Assembly: GCA_963514005.1 (NCBI GenBank)
Contig: OY740807.1
Coordinates: 29,636,001 to 29,700,000, forward strand
Origin: Raja brachyura
Lineage: Eukaryota
Length of the DNA stretch: 64,000 nt
Direction: 5' to 3'
The notes under the pieces are model-generated. The model was given only the letters and a program-made list of their open reading frames with translations, ran no database searches and was not told the DNA's origin. Position 1 is the first letter of the stretch, and every line of letters starts with the position of its first letter. The translations under genes were made by a program, and so were the position numbers. Shown here one piece after another: positions 47,048-60,470 of the stretch.

Positions 47048-50000
47048 AAACATGGAAACATAGAAACATAGAAAATAGGTGCAGGAGTAGGCCATTCGGC
47101 CCTTCGAGCCTGCACCGCCATTCAATATAATCATGCCTGATCATCCAACTCAGTATCCTGTACCTGCCTTCTCTCCATACCCCCGCTCCCTTTAGCCACA
47201 ACGGCCACATCTAACTCCCTCTTAAATATAGCCAATGAACTGGCCTCAACTACATTCTGTGGCAGAGAATTCCACAGATTCACCACTCTCAGTGTCAAAA
47301 ATGATTTTCTCATCTCGGTCCTAAAAGACATCCCTCTTATCCTTAAACTGTAATCCCTTGTTCTGGACTTCCCCAACATCGGGAACAATCTTCCTGCATC
47401 TAGCTTGTCCAACCCCTTAAGAATTTTGTAAGTCTCTATAAGATTCCCCCTTAATCTTGTAAATTCCAGCGAGTACAAGCCGAGTCTATCCAGTCTTTCA
47501 TCATATGCAAGACCTGCCATCCCAGGAATCAGTCTGGTGAACCTTCTCTGTACTCCCTCTATGGCAAGAATGTCTTTCCTCAGATTAGGAGACCAAAACT
47601 GTACGCAATACTCCAGGTGTGGCCTCACCAAGACCCTGTACAACTGCAGTAGAACCTCCCTGCTCCTATACTCAAATCCTTTTCTATGAATGCCAACAAC
47701 CATTCGCTTTCTTCACAGCCTGCTGCACCTGCATGCCTACTTTCAATGACTGGTGCACCATGACACCCAGGTCTCGTTGCATCTCCCCTTTTCCTAATCG
47801 GCCACCATTCAGATAATAGTCTACTTTCCTGTTTTTGCCACCAAAGTGGATAACCTCACATTTATCCACATTATACTGCATCTGCCATGCATTTGCCCAC
47901 ACACCCAACCTATCCAAGTGACCTTGCAGCCTCCTAGCATCCTCCTCACAGCTAACACTGTCCCCCAGCTTCATGTCGTAAATTTGGAGTTGTTGCATTC
48001 AATTCCCTCATCCAGATCATTAATATAAATTGTAAATAGCTGTGGTCCCAGCACTGAGCTCACTAGTCACTGCCTGCCATTCTGAAAAGGATCCGTTTAC
48101 TCCTACTCTTTGCTTCCTGTCTGCCAGCCAGTTCTCTATCCACATCAATACCGAACCCCCAATACCGTGTGCTGTAAGTTTGTATGCTAATCTCTTATGT
48201 GGGACCTTGTTGAAAGCTTTCTGAAAGTGCAGATATAACACATCCACAGGTTCTCCCTTATCCACTCTACTAGTTACATCCTCGAAAAATTCTATAAGAT
48301 TCGTCAGACATGATTTACCTTTCATAAATCCATGCAGACTTTGTCCAATGATTTCACCACTTTCCAAATGTGCTGCTAACCCATCTTTAATAACTGACTC
48401 TAACATTTTTCCCCACTACCGATGTCTGTAATTCCCCGTTTTCTCTCTCCCACCCTTTTTAAAAAGTGGGGTTACATTAGCTACCCTCCAATCCTCAGGA
48501 ACTACTCCAGAATCTAAAGAGTTTTGAAATATTATCATTAATGCATCCACTATTTCTGGGACTACTTCCTTTACTCTGGGATGCAGCCTATCTGGCCCTG
48601 GGGATTTATCAGCCTTTAATCCATTCAATTTGCCTAACACCACTTCCCGGCTAACCTGGATTTCACTCGGTTCCTCCATCTCATTTGACCCCCGGTCCCC
48701 TGCTATTTCCGGCAGATTATTTATGTCTTCCTTAGTGAAGACAGAACCAAAGTAGTTATTCAATTGGTCTGCCATGTTCTTGTTCCCCATGATCAATTCA
48801 CCAGTTTCTGACTGCAAGGGACCTACATTTGTTTTAACTAACTAACACGGATGCACTACCTTCGCTGATTTATTCTTTTGCCAAACTTGGATGAACAATT
48901 GTTGTAGTTCATTAATAAATGCCTTCCATTGCATATCCACCGTCAACCGTTTAAGAATCACTTGCCAGTCTATCTTGGCCAATTCACGTCTCATACCCTC
49001 AAAGTTACCTTTCTTTAAGTTCAGAACCCTTGTTTCTGAATTAACAATGTCGCTCTCCATCCTAATGAAGAACTCAACCATATTATGGTCACTCGTGCCC
49101 AAGGGGCCACGCACTACAAGACTGCTAACTAGCCCTTCCTCATTACTCAATACCCAGTCCAGAATAGCCTGCTCTCTCGTTGGTTCCTCTACATGTTGGT
49201 CTAGAAACTATCCCGCATACATTCCAAGAAATCCACTTCCTCAGCACCCCTGCCAATCCTCTTCCTCAGCACCCCTGCAAAGACCCCACACATCTCCATC
49301 ACGGACTGTTCACTCTGCTGCCCTCGGGAAAAAGATATCGCAGCATAAGGAGCAGAACATCAAGGTTCTGCAACAGCTTCTTCCCACGAGCCATCAGACT
49401 CCTGAATGCCATGTAATGGGCTGCCACCGTTGTCTATTTATCCTTTTATCCTTTTTATCCATTTTATCCATGTCTATCCTTCTGTTAATTTATCGTGTTG
49501 CACAGGGAGCCAAATGCAACGTAATTTCGTTTGGAACTGCATATATCAATGTATTTCTAAATGACAATAAAGTTTGTTTGACTTTGACTTTGACTTTGAT
49601 TCACCCAATCTATATGTAGATTGAAATCACCCATTATGATTGTTTTACCTTTGTTGCACACATTTCTAATTTCCTGTTTGATGCCATCCCCAACTCCACT
49701 ACTACTATTAGGTGGCCTGTTCACAACTCCCACTACCGTTTTCTGCCCCTTAGTGTTTCGCAGCTCTACCCATATCGATTCCACATCCTCCAAGCTAATG
49801 TCCTTCCTTTCTATTGCATTAATCTCCTCTCTAACCAGCAACGCTACTCCACCTCCTTTTCCTTTATGTCTATCCCTCCTGAATATTGAATATCCCTGGA
49901 TGTTCAGCTCCCAGCCTTGGTCACCCTGGAGCCATGTCTCCGTGATCCCAACTATATCATATTCATTAATAACTATCTGCACATTCAAATCATCCACCTT

Positions 50001-50280
50001 ATTACGAATGCTCCTTGCATTGAGACACAAAGCTTTCAGGCTTGATTTTACAACACTCTTATACAATTATGTTGAAAAGGGGCCCTTTTTGATTTTTGCC
50101 CTGGATTTTTTTTCTTCCTGCCACTTTTACTTTTCACCTTGCTACCTATTGCTTCTACCCTCATTTTACACCCCTCTGTCTCTCTGCTTATGCTCCCACC
50201 CCCCTGCCACATTAGTTTAAATCCTCCCTGACAGCACTAGCAAACACTCCCCCAAGTACATTGGTTCTATTCCAGCCCAC
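47048..50280 (-). mobile_element. CR1 LINE with most of ORF2 (APE endonuclease and RT), degenerate
   Basis: Reverse-strand motifs LCLNARSIRNK, GITETWL, GGGVALLV, IMGDFN, LGTSDHN, KSPGPD and FQKAFNKVPH, then RPHLEYCVQFW and the 3' UTR with an agaaacat tail. It has internal deletions and frameshifts. Confidence 0.93.
49279..49598 (+). mobile_element. Rex1/Babar-type 3' fragment inserted in the CR1 endonuclease region
   Basis: Reads KDPTHLHHGLFTLLPSGKRYRSIRSRTSRFCNSFFPRAIRLLN, followed by AATAAA and a (TTTGAC)n tail. Confidence 0.8.
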
Positions 50281-50421
50281 TAGGGTTGGTTCAAAAAGGA
50301 GCAGGATGTGTTTCTGAAAAAAAGATTTGATTAACTATAGGGAGAGGGAAGGTGTGTCAGACTAGCTGTATTACAGATGAATAGAGTCATAGTGGATGAT
50401 CGACCAAGTTAATGAACTGAA

Positions 50422-50520
50422 CTGGCTGAAGAAGGGTCTCGACCCAAAATGTCACCTCTCCATGTTCTCTAGAGATGCTGCCTGTCCCGTTGAGTTACTA
50501 CAGCACTTTGTGTCCTTTAA
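50422..50520 (+). mobile_element. Penelope-derived short repeat
   Basis: Reads ctgaagaagggtctcgacccaaaatgtcacc...agagatgctgcc. The GAAA box is mutated. Confidence 0.7.
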
Positions 50521-50609
50521 TGATAGGCCAAATTGCCCATCTTCCATTCTGAAACTATTATGTGATTTAATATGGCCTTATGACACAAACTCTTCAATAA
50601 AGATGCTTA

Positions 50610-50820
50610 GTTGGGCACAGTGGTGCAATGGGAGAGCTCTTGCCTCACAGCACCAGGGACCCAAGTTAGCTCCTGACTACAGGTGTTGTGCGTGTGGTGT
50701 TTGCACGTTCTCTATGTGACTGCGTAGATTTTATCCGGGTACTGCAGTTTCCTCCCACCTTGGTCGGCACGGACTCAATAGGCCAAAGGGCCTGTTTCCA
50801 CACGGATTTCCAAACTAAAT
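50610..50820 (+). mobile_element. tRNA-derived SINE, degenerate
   Basis: Reads gggcacagtggtgcaatgg...gtttgcacgttctc...tttcctcccac...gggcctgtttcc...aaactaaa. Confidence 0.65.
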
Positions 50821-52685
50821 GCTTGTGCTGCATTTTGGCATTCTTGACGGTAAAGCAGTGACCAGAAACACGCCCCATATTTCTGTGGTCGGCCAACATT
50901 TTCTGTAGAGTCGGCTCATGCCTGGTTTAGCCAAAGTGAAATTATTTTTTAAATGGTCATTGTTTAATCTTTGCAACGGGGCGGTGGTTAAAGTTAGATT
51001 GTTTAAAGGGCACAAAAGCTTCGCTTATACTGCTCGAAGATGCTTCATTGTTCCAACTCTGACATGACAAGGATGGAAGCAATAACATTCAATTTCTATA
51101 CAAAGTGGTTTAGTGAAGCCAGCAGAGGCAAGAGTGCACATCCCATGCATTGCAAGGAACTGACAGGAATTGAAAAATGAATTGAATTAAGCATCTTTTC
51201 TATTAAGTTAAATGACAGTTTGTTAGTTTAAAATATATTAAAATTAAATGATGCTTCGTTGCATGATATAAATGTCTCCATGAAATTCCTATCTTTCCGA
51301 TTCTAATTATGTGCTTTAAAAAAATGGTTAATAAATATTCAGGTACCAGATTAAATGGTACTTAAAATATAATTTTATTCAAAATGAAAATCTATTTTGT
51401 GACTGAGTTCCTTTGAGGTCTGCGTTCTGGGTATCTCATTCTATCATTTGAAAGGATTGGTGCTGAGCTTAGATCTGCAAGGATGTGGGTGAGCTGCATC
51501 GTTTCAACAGTCATTCCGTTATATATGTCTCTGGTTTACTAAAGCATTGCTCGGCAGCCCTTTATACAGCCGTCTGGTGTAATAGTCCACCAGACTTATT
51601 CCTGTAATTGGTTTTAAGCTATTGCCTAATGGAATGAAAGCCCCTCCCTCGCTCACCGCAGTTACATTGGAGAGATATGAGCAGACGCCATGGAGGTGTG
51701 ACAGTGTCTGGCCATGGATGAATATAATTGGAAATGCAAGATTTTGAGGAGGGATATTGTGACACAGATTTATGGGCTGCAGTATGAGGAGAGAAATGGC
51801 TCGGCCAGGAGCAGCAGAATGCGGGGGGTGGAAGGGGCTCTGTAACATGCCGTGTAATCGTACAACTGAAAAGAATCAGGATTAAGACTGATGAAAATGC
51901 AGAGATCGCCTAAAGCTGCTCTGAGGAGGACATGGGGATTAAATTCACTACAGCTTAGGGGTGCATGGAGGGAGAGGCAAGGATTCCCCCCCAGATCATC
52001 TAATAAGGGTGCATGCGCATGTATTTTCCCCGTAATAGTTAAGATGCACATATCCACCCATCCTTTCCAAAGCCAACAGAATTACATTTCTGTGCATGCC
52101 TTATTATAGTGGAAAGCTGGAGGTTACGTGGAAATGGTAAACTTTAGATTATGTGCATCTGAATTTTCAGTGAATCTTGCCTTTGTTTTAGTCCTGCAAC
52201 ACTAATTTGATCTTAGTCGTTTATCTGGTATAACTGGTTTACCTGTTATACCGCAGGACCCTTGAATTGATGAATCTGGACAGAAATTCCTAATGATGAG
52301 TTTCAGCACAATTGCTCCTCTGCTGAACCTTCTCTCTGTGTTGCTCAACTCTGGCACCCTGACCCTGAATATCACAGTGATGTATTACCTTGGATCATTT
52401 CAGTCTTTGGCAGAGTCGGATACTCAGCATTTATAAATCACCTCTCATCTGATCTTTGTTAGAATCACACTCATAGCTCACGATTTAGCTCTTTAGTTCA
52501 AGGTTCTCCCCATGATCCCTCACACAGTCTCCGTCAACTCTCGATTATTTCATTCTATGCTCAATAATTTCCTGTAGATCTTATTTTCTTGTTACTTCTC
52601 CACATGAGATGACTGAACCATCAATTTTTGATCTCTTTCATGGCCTTTAAATCAAATAAAGTATTCTGTTATGGAGTGGTAATGG

Positions 52686-52812
52686 AGTCTGAAAAAAGGG
52701 TTCTGACCCGAATGTTTACTTATCTATGTCCTCCAGAGATTCTGCCTGACCTGCTGAGTTACTCCAGCACTTTGTGAGTTTTTTTGTAAACCAGCATCCG
52801 CACTTCTTTGTG
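52686..52812 (+). mobile_element. Penelope-derived short repeat, degenerate
   Basis: Reads gtctgaaaaaagggttctgacccgaatg...ctgagttactccagcac. Confidence 0.65.
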
Positions 52813-53186
52813 ATTCTCTTCTTTTATCGACGTCTTTCATAACCTTTTCCAACACTTCTCACCCCTTATCAAATACAAATGCAGGTTCCATTGATGGTGG
52901 GCTTATATTGAGCAGTCTGCCGTCACTGTAATTGCACATGCAAAAAACACATTGCACAATATACTGATAATTCAACCTGAATATTTGTGTACCTATATTG
53001 TACTAAAGATAATTAGATAATTGTACAATGAATATCTTTCTTCTATCTTGGCTGACTGTGGGTGAACAATGAATATAATGTCTGGTCTAATATACAGTAA
53101 TACATTCTGGCCAGCAGCAATTATTCGGCTGTTTTATAAATATATATTTTGTACGAGATATCTAGTCTTTCCTTTTATTCCCTCAG

Positions 53187-53260
53187 GTATTGAACAAAGC
53201 ATAGAGCAAGAGGAGGGACAGAACAGATCCTCGGCTGACTTGAGAATACGCAAGACACAG
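53187..53260 (+). CDS. STX1A: Syntaxin-1A internal coding exon (74 nt)
   Basis: Polypyrimidine tract with acceptor cctcag| and donor |gtcagt. It encodes (S)[24 protein letters not shown]. The split codon A|GT (Ser) joins in frame with exon 43281-43355. Confidence 0.95.
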
Positions 53261-55169
53261 GTCAGTGACTTCAAACTCTATGTATTTCTAATGAATTTTA
53301 TACTGCAAAGACCAATCTGAATGTTTGACAGTGGTGCATAGTTTCTACAAAGGATATACTCAAGTTCTGATTTAACTTTTAGCATTGACAAGCTTATTAC
53401 AACCTTACCAGTTATTAAGTATTTTTCTAGGTATGTTATGACAGGATTGCTGTCTGCAATTTATAAGGGGTCAACATTGATGCTATTCAATAATCACTCA
53501 TTGACATTGCCATTTCTAATTTCCATTGTACCATCCACACAATGTTCTTTGCCCCAATAACAACGGTGCCAATCCCATGCCCGTGACATAGAGTCATCAA
53601 CCACCCATTTACATGTACCCCAATTTTATTCTCCCACTTTCATATATCAATTCACCCCAAATTCTACCACTCAACTGTACACTAAGAGTCAGTTAATCAA
53701 TTTACCTGCACATCTTGAGATGTGGGAGGAAACCTGGGCATCTGGAGGAAACCTGCATAGTCACAGAGAACATGCAAACTCCACATCGACAGCACTGTAG
53801 GTTGGAATTCATTCTGGAACTGTGAGGTGGCATGGTTTATGCCACACTATTTCCTCCCATCAACATCCAGGCTGATATTCTGCCTCTTTCCACCACTTAT
53901 TAGTTTAGTGTAGTTTATTGTCATGTGTACCAGGGTACAGTGAAAAGCTTTTGTTGCGTACCAACCAGTCAACGGGAAGACAATTCATGATTACAATCGA
54001 GCTATCCACAGTGTACAGATACATGATAAAGGGGAAAACGTGAATAACGTTTAGTGCAAGATAAAGCCAGTAAAGTCCGGTCAAAGATAGACTGTCTCCA
54101 ATGAGGTAGATCCCGGGAGTTGGAAATTGAACAGATCAGAGAGCAGATTAAGAAGATCATAGTTAATGGAAGAAATGTTGCTGTAGGAGTACAGCTTTAA
54201 AAGAGTGGAGTGATTGTAATGTGTGATTGCAGATCCATGTCTGTGACTAACACACAAAGAGTCACCTGGATTGGGCACCATCTTGGATCCCATGTACTGG
54301 TATCCTTCACTTCCTGTCAATAATGATGGAATATTTTACCCTCAACTCACAACAAAGTTCCTCTCCCCACAGATGCCCACAATGCATCCTATTCTCTAGC
54401 ACTATTCACAAGCCACGCTGGCCCTCTACTAACTTCTGCCATTCTTAATGCTATTCCACTTTCTTCTCTCACCAATCATACTAACATTCTGTTTCCTTTC
54501 CCATTGTTGATATTGGCACTCTTTGCTGCTGGGCCTCTGCCCGCCCCTTGCCACAACTCATAATTGGCACCGATTCTACAATTCTGATAGGATTCAACTG
54601 CTCCACATGCTGTGGGTGATGATAAACAATGGCAAAAGTAGAGCATGGTTCAATCTCCAGAACAGAGATGGCATAAAGTCAGAGCCAAGATGGGAGGTGA
54701 GAGCTGGAATGGGAAACAGCACTGATTTCATTCTGCAAATGTTCTTAATTGATATGCTGGCACCAGTAAAAGATGGCAGTGGAAGATGCTGCTTGTTATT
54801 TAAAATTCGACTGTTCACATTGTTCTAGAGAAGCTGTGGTGGGCACCTTTTTCAATCTGATTGAAATTCATTCTTGGATCATTCTTGAGATTAGCTGTAA
54901 AAATATGTTCATCTTTATAAACAATTAATTTTAAACTGCTCAGGTTTATCTTCAAATATCTAGCCTGTCTAAACTAAGACTACTTCACAGTTGTTTTTAA
55001 AACAGTATAGAATATTAAGGTCTACTTACTAAAAACCTGTATCAATAAGTGAGTGAGCAAGGTAACGGATCAAAATTCAAGATGCAAGATAACAAGAGAC
55101 TCCTTTAACTAAAGGTCAAAGAAATTGAAAGAAATTCTCGTGTCCTTTGACACTTGTTAACATTCACCA

Positions 55170-55706
55170 TAGAAACATAGAAACATAGAAAATAGGTGCA
55201 GGAGTAGGCCATTCGGCCCTTCGAGCCTGCACCGCCATTCAATGTGATCATGGCTGATCATCCAACTCAGTATCCCGTACCTGCCTTCTCTCCATACCCC
55301 CTGATCCCTTTAGCCACAAGTGCCACATCTAACGCCCTCTTAAATATAGCCAATGAACTGGCCTCAACTACCTTCTGTGGCAGAGAATTCCAGAGACTCA
55401 CCACTCTCTGTGTAAAGAATGTTTTCCTCATTTCGGTCCTAAAGGAATTCCCCCTTATCCTTAGACTGTGACCCCTTGTTCTGGACTCCCCCAACATCGG
55501 GAACAATCTTCCAGCATCTAGCTTGTCCAACCCCTTAAGAATTTTGTAGGTTTCTATAAGATCCCCCCTCAATCTTCTAAATTCCATCGAGTACAAACCG
55601 AGTCTATCCAATCTTTCCTCATATGAAAGTCCTGACATCCCAGGAATCAGTCTGGTGAATCTTCTCTGTACCCCCTCTATGGCAAGGATGTCTTTCCTCA
55701 GATTTG
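55170..55706 (-). mobile_element. CR1 3' fragment (young subfamily)
   Basis: The intact reverse ORF 55267-55638 is a CR1 ORF2 C-terminus. It has an agaaacat tail and is nearly identical to 857-1386. Confidence 0.92.
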
Positions 55707-58489
55707 AACCATCTTAAAAGAAGGCTCATAGCTCAGTGAGCATAATATTGTGGTGTGTAGGAAGCAAGTGCAGATGCTGGTTTAAACCGAAGATACTCAA
55801 AATGCTCCTACCCTATCGAATTTTGCCCCATGCGAGGCCACGATGCAAGGAAATTGAGAAGCTTTCTGGCAACACTGTCCCATCGCCCACAGATGAATCT
55901 TGATAGTTAAAGAGGCTGGGTAAATACTGAACAAGTATATCTCAGAATGAACATCATTAGCAGCAGAAACATTACTTGGTTTGTGAGATAAAGGAATAGC
56001 AACATAACAGACTCATTCCTGCTTTCACAGCTTCTAAAAATATCAAAATGGAGCAAGATTAAAACCAAATAAGTAAATGCGGCCATCAAATCTGTATACT
56101 TTATTCACCAGCGCAAGGCTCACAAACTATGACTATACCCCATTGTTTATTCAGAGTAAGGGTTACTCACTGGGCAATTGTACAGAGTCGCTGTTTATTT
56201 AACAAGGTTAAGGTTCAACTGCATTCTGCTGTTGTTGAGTATTACATTACATTTAACTCCACACAATGGTACTCAACTTTCAATCTAAACTAGTGCCTCC
56301 CTTCCTTCATTATTAATGGGAGCCTCATCATATTGGCCAGAGTGCCTGAAGTGGTCTTTAAAGCTTGTTTAAATATTTAACTAAAATGTCATAATTTTCA
56401 TGTCTTACCCAGTATTTAAAGCTGAAATTGCAAATCATTGTTAATTCCGTTGCGGTAATGCGTGAATAAGTAAATGTAGTAAATTCGGCAACAAGGGCTT
56501 AAAGAAACATTTGGAATGGGAACACTGTCTGATGGCAGCTGCCACTTCCACAGCTTCAGACCCTCTGATGGTGCAATGGGATTTACTTCAACAGGAGTTG
56601 ATTGCATTTTTACATGACACAAACATCAACAATGAGCCAATGCCTGCCCCAGTGTCCAAGGAAAGTCTGCACAGCGCAGCAGTTACAAAGTCAATCTGCT
56701 GCCCTCTGCAGTGTAAGCCGAGTTCAGTTACCCAACCCTGAAACGCCAAGGAATCTATAGTTGCCAGCCATTTCACATCCAAACTGCATCGTGCATTCTC
56801 AAAGAAATGGCTGCGGCTTGTGATGCTGTGTCTGATAGCATTTTGATTTACACTGCAAGCGTTTTATAAATAAACCATCAGAGTGTGTTGCAATGGAGTG
56901 GAGTAATTTACAAGCAGCACAACAGAACTAGCCTCAGATGTACTGTTTTCTGGCTACATTTATTTTAGATCCCTGTGCTCTGAGTCCAATTATACCCAAA
57001 AATCTTAAGAAAATGTTCTTAAAATGTAAATATTTGTTCTCGCTGTTGTTTGCATTATTCAGTAACATTATTTCCTCAGCACTGCAATACCCTATGAGAG
57101 CATTTCCAACCCAATGGTAATGTGTGTAAACTACTTAAAATGAGGGCAACAACACTTGTGATAGCAACCCATATTTTTCCTCTCTCAGGTGTTGGAGCTC
57201 CACGATCTTTGTCAGTGTTGATATTTTGGTGACTGGGCTTGCAGTGGATGGAAGTTTGATTCCCACCGACATCTGTATAAACAGATTAAATACTAATCAG
57301 AGAGTTCTTTGTTCTGGCCCGTCCACTTCAGCCCATCTCGACCTCGAGGCTCCATCCTTGGCCTGACTCCGTCCCAGGCTCCGACCCGACCTTGCAATGT
57401 GCCAATGACCTTGCATTTTGTTATTGTCCAAGGGGAAGGGAATTACTCTGAGAAATAGCATCCAACATTGACAAGGAAGCCGATACACACTGGGGAGCAG
57501 ATTCTGACTAATCCATAGTGATCCATTGCCGGACGTAACCCCCAGACTGCAGACATTTTCTGCATTGTGCGATCCAGAGGCCACTTGATTACACCATGAA
57601 AGCTACTGTGTTACAGTCGTAAATCAAACTATGGTGATTGTTAAAATGCAATTTCTCTTTGTTTGCCATTTATTTGCCATGTGGTTGCACTTTTGCTGTC
57701 GTCTGTTTGTAAAGGTAGAATCCCAAATTCTTAAGGTCTTTTCAGAATCCTTCAATAGCATTGTAGATGTTGCTGTTTAATTGACCTGTACGAGCCACAC
57801 AATTGATGGATATCCACAGACATGACTCACTTTCACAATTGAGTGTGCAACAAGCAGAGAAAGCACAGGATATATTGATTCAGGGAGTAGCATTGTGCTG
57901 GTTGGGGATTCAGCAGTCTATTATATAGGAAGCAATGCCTCAGAATCTTGCAGGCAATGCTTTGCCATAGCAACGCTGCCTCAGTACCATTAACAATTTG
58001 AAGCTAGTGTCAACATCCCTTGTAAACTTTCAATTTAGGTTTAGGATTCATTCTCGGAGAAAAAATAGATAATTTAGCTTGGCATGTAAAGAAGCATTGC
58101 TGTCATCTGCAGTGCAGAGAGTAGCATAATGCTGGTGTCAGGCATGTCTTCAAAGCCCTGTGGATGTAACCGTTGACATCTTTGATGCACAATGAAGTTT
58201 ATCAAATCCAGCAAGACAGATTTCGATAATTAGTGACCTCTTTATTGTGGTGTTGGTGGAATGAAATATTCCAGGATTGCTTTTCAATAATTTTTGGGAT
58301 GACGATGAGGTGGGAGTGTAGCATTCAGGTGGTGGGGTGAGTGTTTAGTAGAATGGTGAAAATACAGAATGAGAGAGCTCCTGATCTTTTAGGAGATGGG
58401 GAATCATTGTAACTCATCTTGACAATGGGTGAATGAGAATATGTAGGAATGGTGCACTGAGGCAGATATTGACAACAGCAGAGATGACT

Positions 58490-59760
58490 GCTTTGGTTTC
58501 TGAAGGGCCCTATTCTCTCTCCAGCTGCACTATTTCCCTTTATGCATTTTATGTATTTTTGGCTTTGCCATCTCCTGGTCCTGTTTTACTCTCCTCATTT
58601 CCTTCTTAAGTGCGCTCCTCAGTTCCCGGAACTCCTCCATGGATACACTTGATCCCAGCTGCCTATACCTGTCCCATGCTTCCTCCTTTGTCCTGACCAG
58701 AGCCTCAATTTCTCTCATCATCCAGACTACCTTACTCCCTTGCCCTTTGCTCTAAAAGCCCTGTCCCACGGTACGAGTTCATTCCAAGAGCTGTCCCGAG
58801 TTTAAAAATAATCAGACTCGTGGTAAGCACGGAGAATGAACGCAGCGGGTACGTCGGAGCTCGGGACGTCTCTTAGCGGCTAGTAACACTAACGGCAGGT
58901 ACTCAGGAAGACTCGCTAACGGCAAGTGAGCACGGGAAGACTCGTGAAGATTTTTCAACATGTTGAAAAATGTCCACGAGAGCCCCAAGTACCGACGAGT
59001 GGCCATTACCGTAAATCTCCGAGTTCGAATCAGGGCAAACTCGGGAGAACTCTTGGAATGAACTCGTACCGTGGGACAGGGGTTTTACAGGAGTATGTAC
59101 ACCGTGAACTCTTGTCATCACACTTTTAAAAGGGTCCCACTTTCCAGGCATTCCTTTGCCTGCAAACAACTCCTCTAATCTACTTTATCAAGTTACTGTC
59201 AAGTTCTTTATCAAGATATCATTAAAGTTGGTCTTGTCCTGATTCAGAATATTAATTCATGGGCCAGCCCTGTCGTTATCTACAACGATTTTAAAATGAA
59301 TGGAGCAGTGGTCACTAGCCCCAAAAGGCTCGCGCATGGACACTTCAGTCACTTGCCTGTCTAAATTTCCTAAGAGTAGATTAAGCTATGCTCTCTGCCT
59401 TGAAGGGCCCTCTACATATTGCTGAGGAAACTTTCCTGAAGTATTTGTAAAATTCCACCACATCTACACTCATAGACAGGGCATTATGACATTCCCTGTC
59501 TATACTTGGAAAGTTAAAATCCCCTACTATGACAACCAAATTAGTCTTACACCTGCCAGCCATCTCTGGGTATATTTGTTCTTTTAATTCTCCTTTAACT
59601 ATTTGGGGACCTATATTCAACTCCCAACAAGGTGATCATCCCCTTTTTATTTCTCAGCTCCTCCCATATAACCTCACTGGACAAACCATCAGTAATGTCA
59701 TCTCAGACCACTGGCGTGGCATTCCCCTCAATCAATAAAACAACTCCCCCTCCTCTTTTA
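58490..59760 (-). mobile_element. Old CR1 ORF2 fragment (endonuclease and linker), interrupted by a MITE
   Basis: Reverse peptides VVIVGDFNFPSID and MMREIEALVRTKEEAWDRYR. Degenerate, with approximate boundaries. Confidence 0.65.
58756..59084. mobile_element. MITE, PIF/Harbinger-like (family A), second copy
   Basis: Same TIRs and interior as 6792-7092, with TAA and TTA flanks. Confidence 0.85.
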
Positions 59761-59844
59761 CCCCACTCCCGCTACCTTACCAATCTAGTTTAACCCCATC
59801 ATTATCTGATTCCAGGATGTACAACTCACTTGACAATTTGACAA

Positions 59845-60470
59845 GATCCTTCATCATGGAATGATCCAAGTAAATGAATGGTATCCATGGTCACTTAATA
59901 GTTTGGATTCAGAACTAGTTTACGCATCAAAGACATTGGGTAGTGGTTTAAGGGTGTCATTGTGGTTGGAAGTCTGTGGCCAGTGATGTTTTACAGGGAC
60001 CAGCACTGAGACCTCTATTGTTTGTGATGTATATGAATTACTTGGACAACATTTAGATGGGTGGGTTAGTATAGTTTGTAGATGATACCAACATTTGTGG
60101 ATTTGCAGACAGTGAAGAAGGCTGTCAAAGGATATCAATAATTTACAGATTATGGCCATTGGAATGGCCATATTTGGAGTTTTATCTGAGCAAGTGTGGA
60201 GTTATTGTACTTTGGCCAGTCAAATGTGAGGGACAAATATGCTTTGGTAGGACTGTTAACAGCATTGATGTATATAGGGATCCTGGGGTCCAAGTCTACA
60301 GCTCCCAGAAAGTAGCAGCACAAAAAGATGGAGTAACATAGGAAGAATATAGTATGCTTTTGACATTGGGTATAAGGATCAGGTAGCCATGTTTCAGCTT
60401 TATAAAAATTTGGTTAGACTACATGTGTAATATTTTCCCCAATGCAGAAAAGATGTGGAGGCTTTGGAAT
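59845..60470 (+). mobile_element. Old CR1 RT fragment
   Basis: Degenerate motifs gtttgtagatgatacc (FADDT-like) and agggatcctggggtccaagt (RDLGV-like). Confidence 0.6.

Noticed and set aside
48891-50220. 242-aa and 199-aa plus-strand ORFs
   Set aside because: They are antisense shadows of the CR1 endonuclease region and run across an insertion junction.
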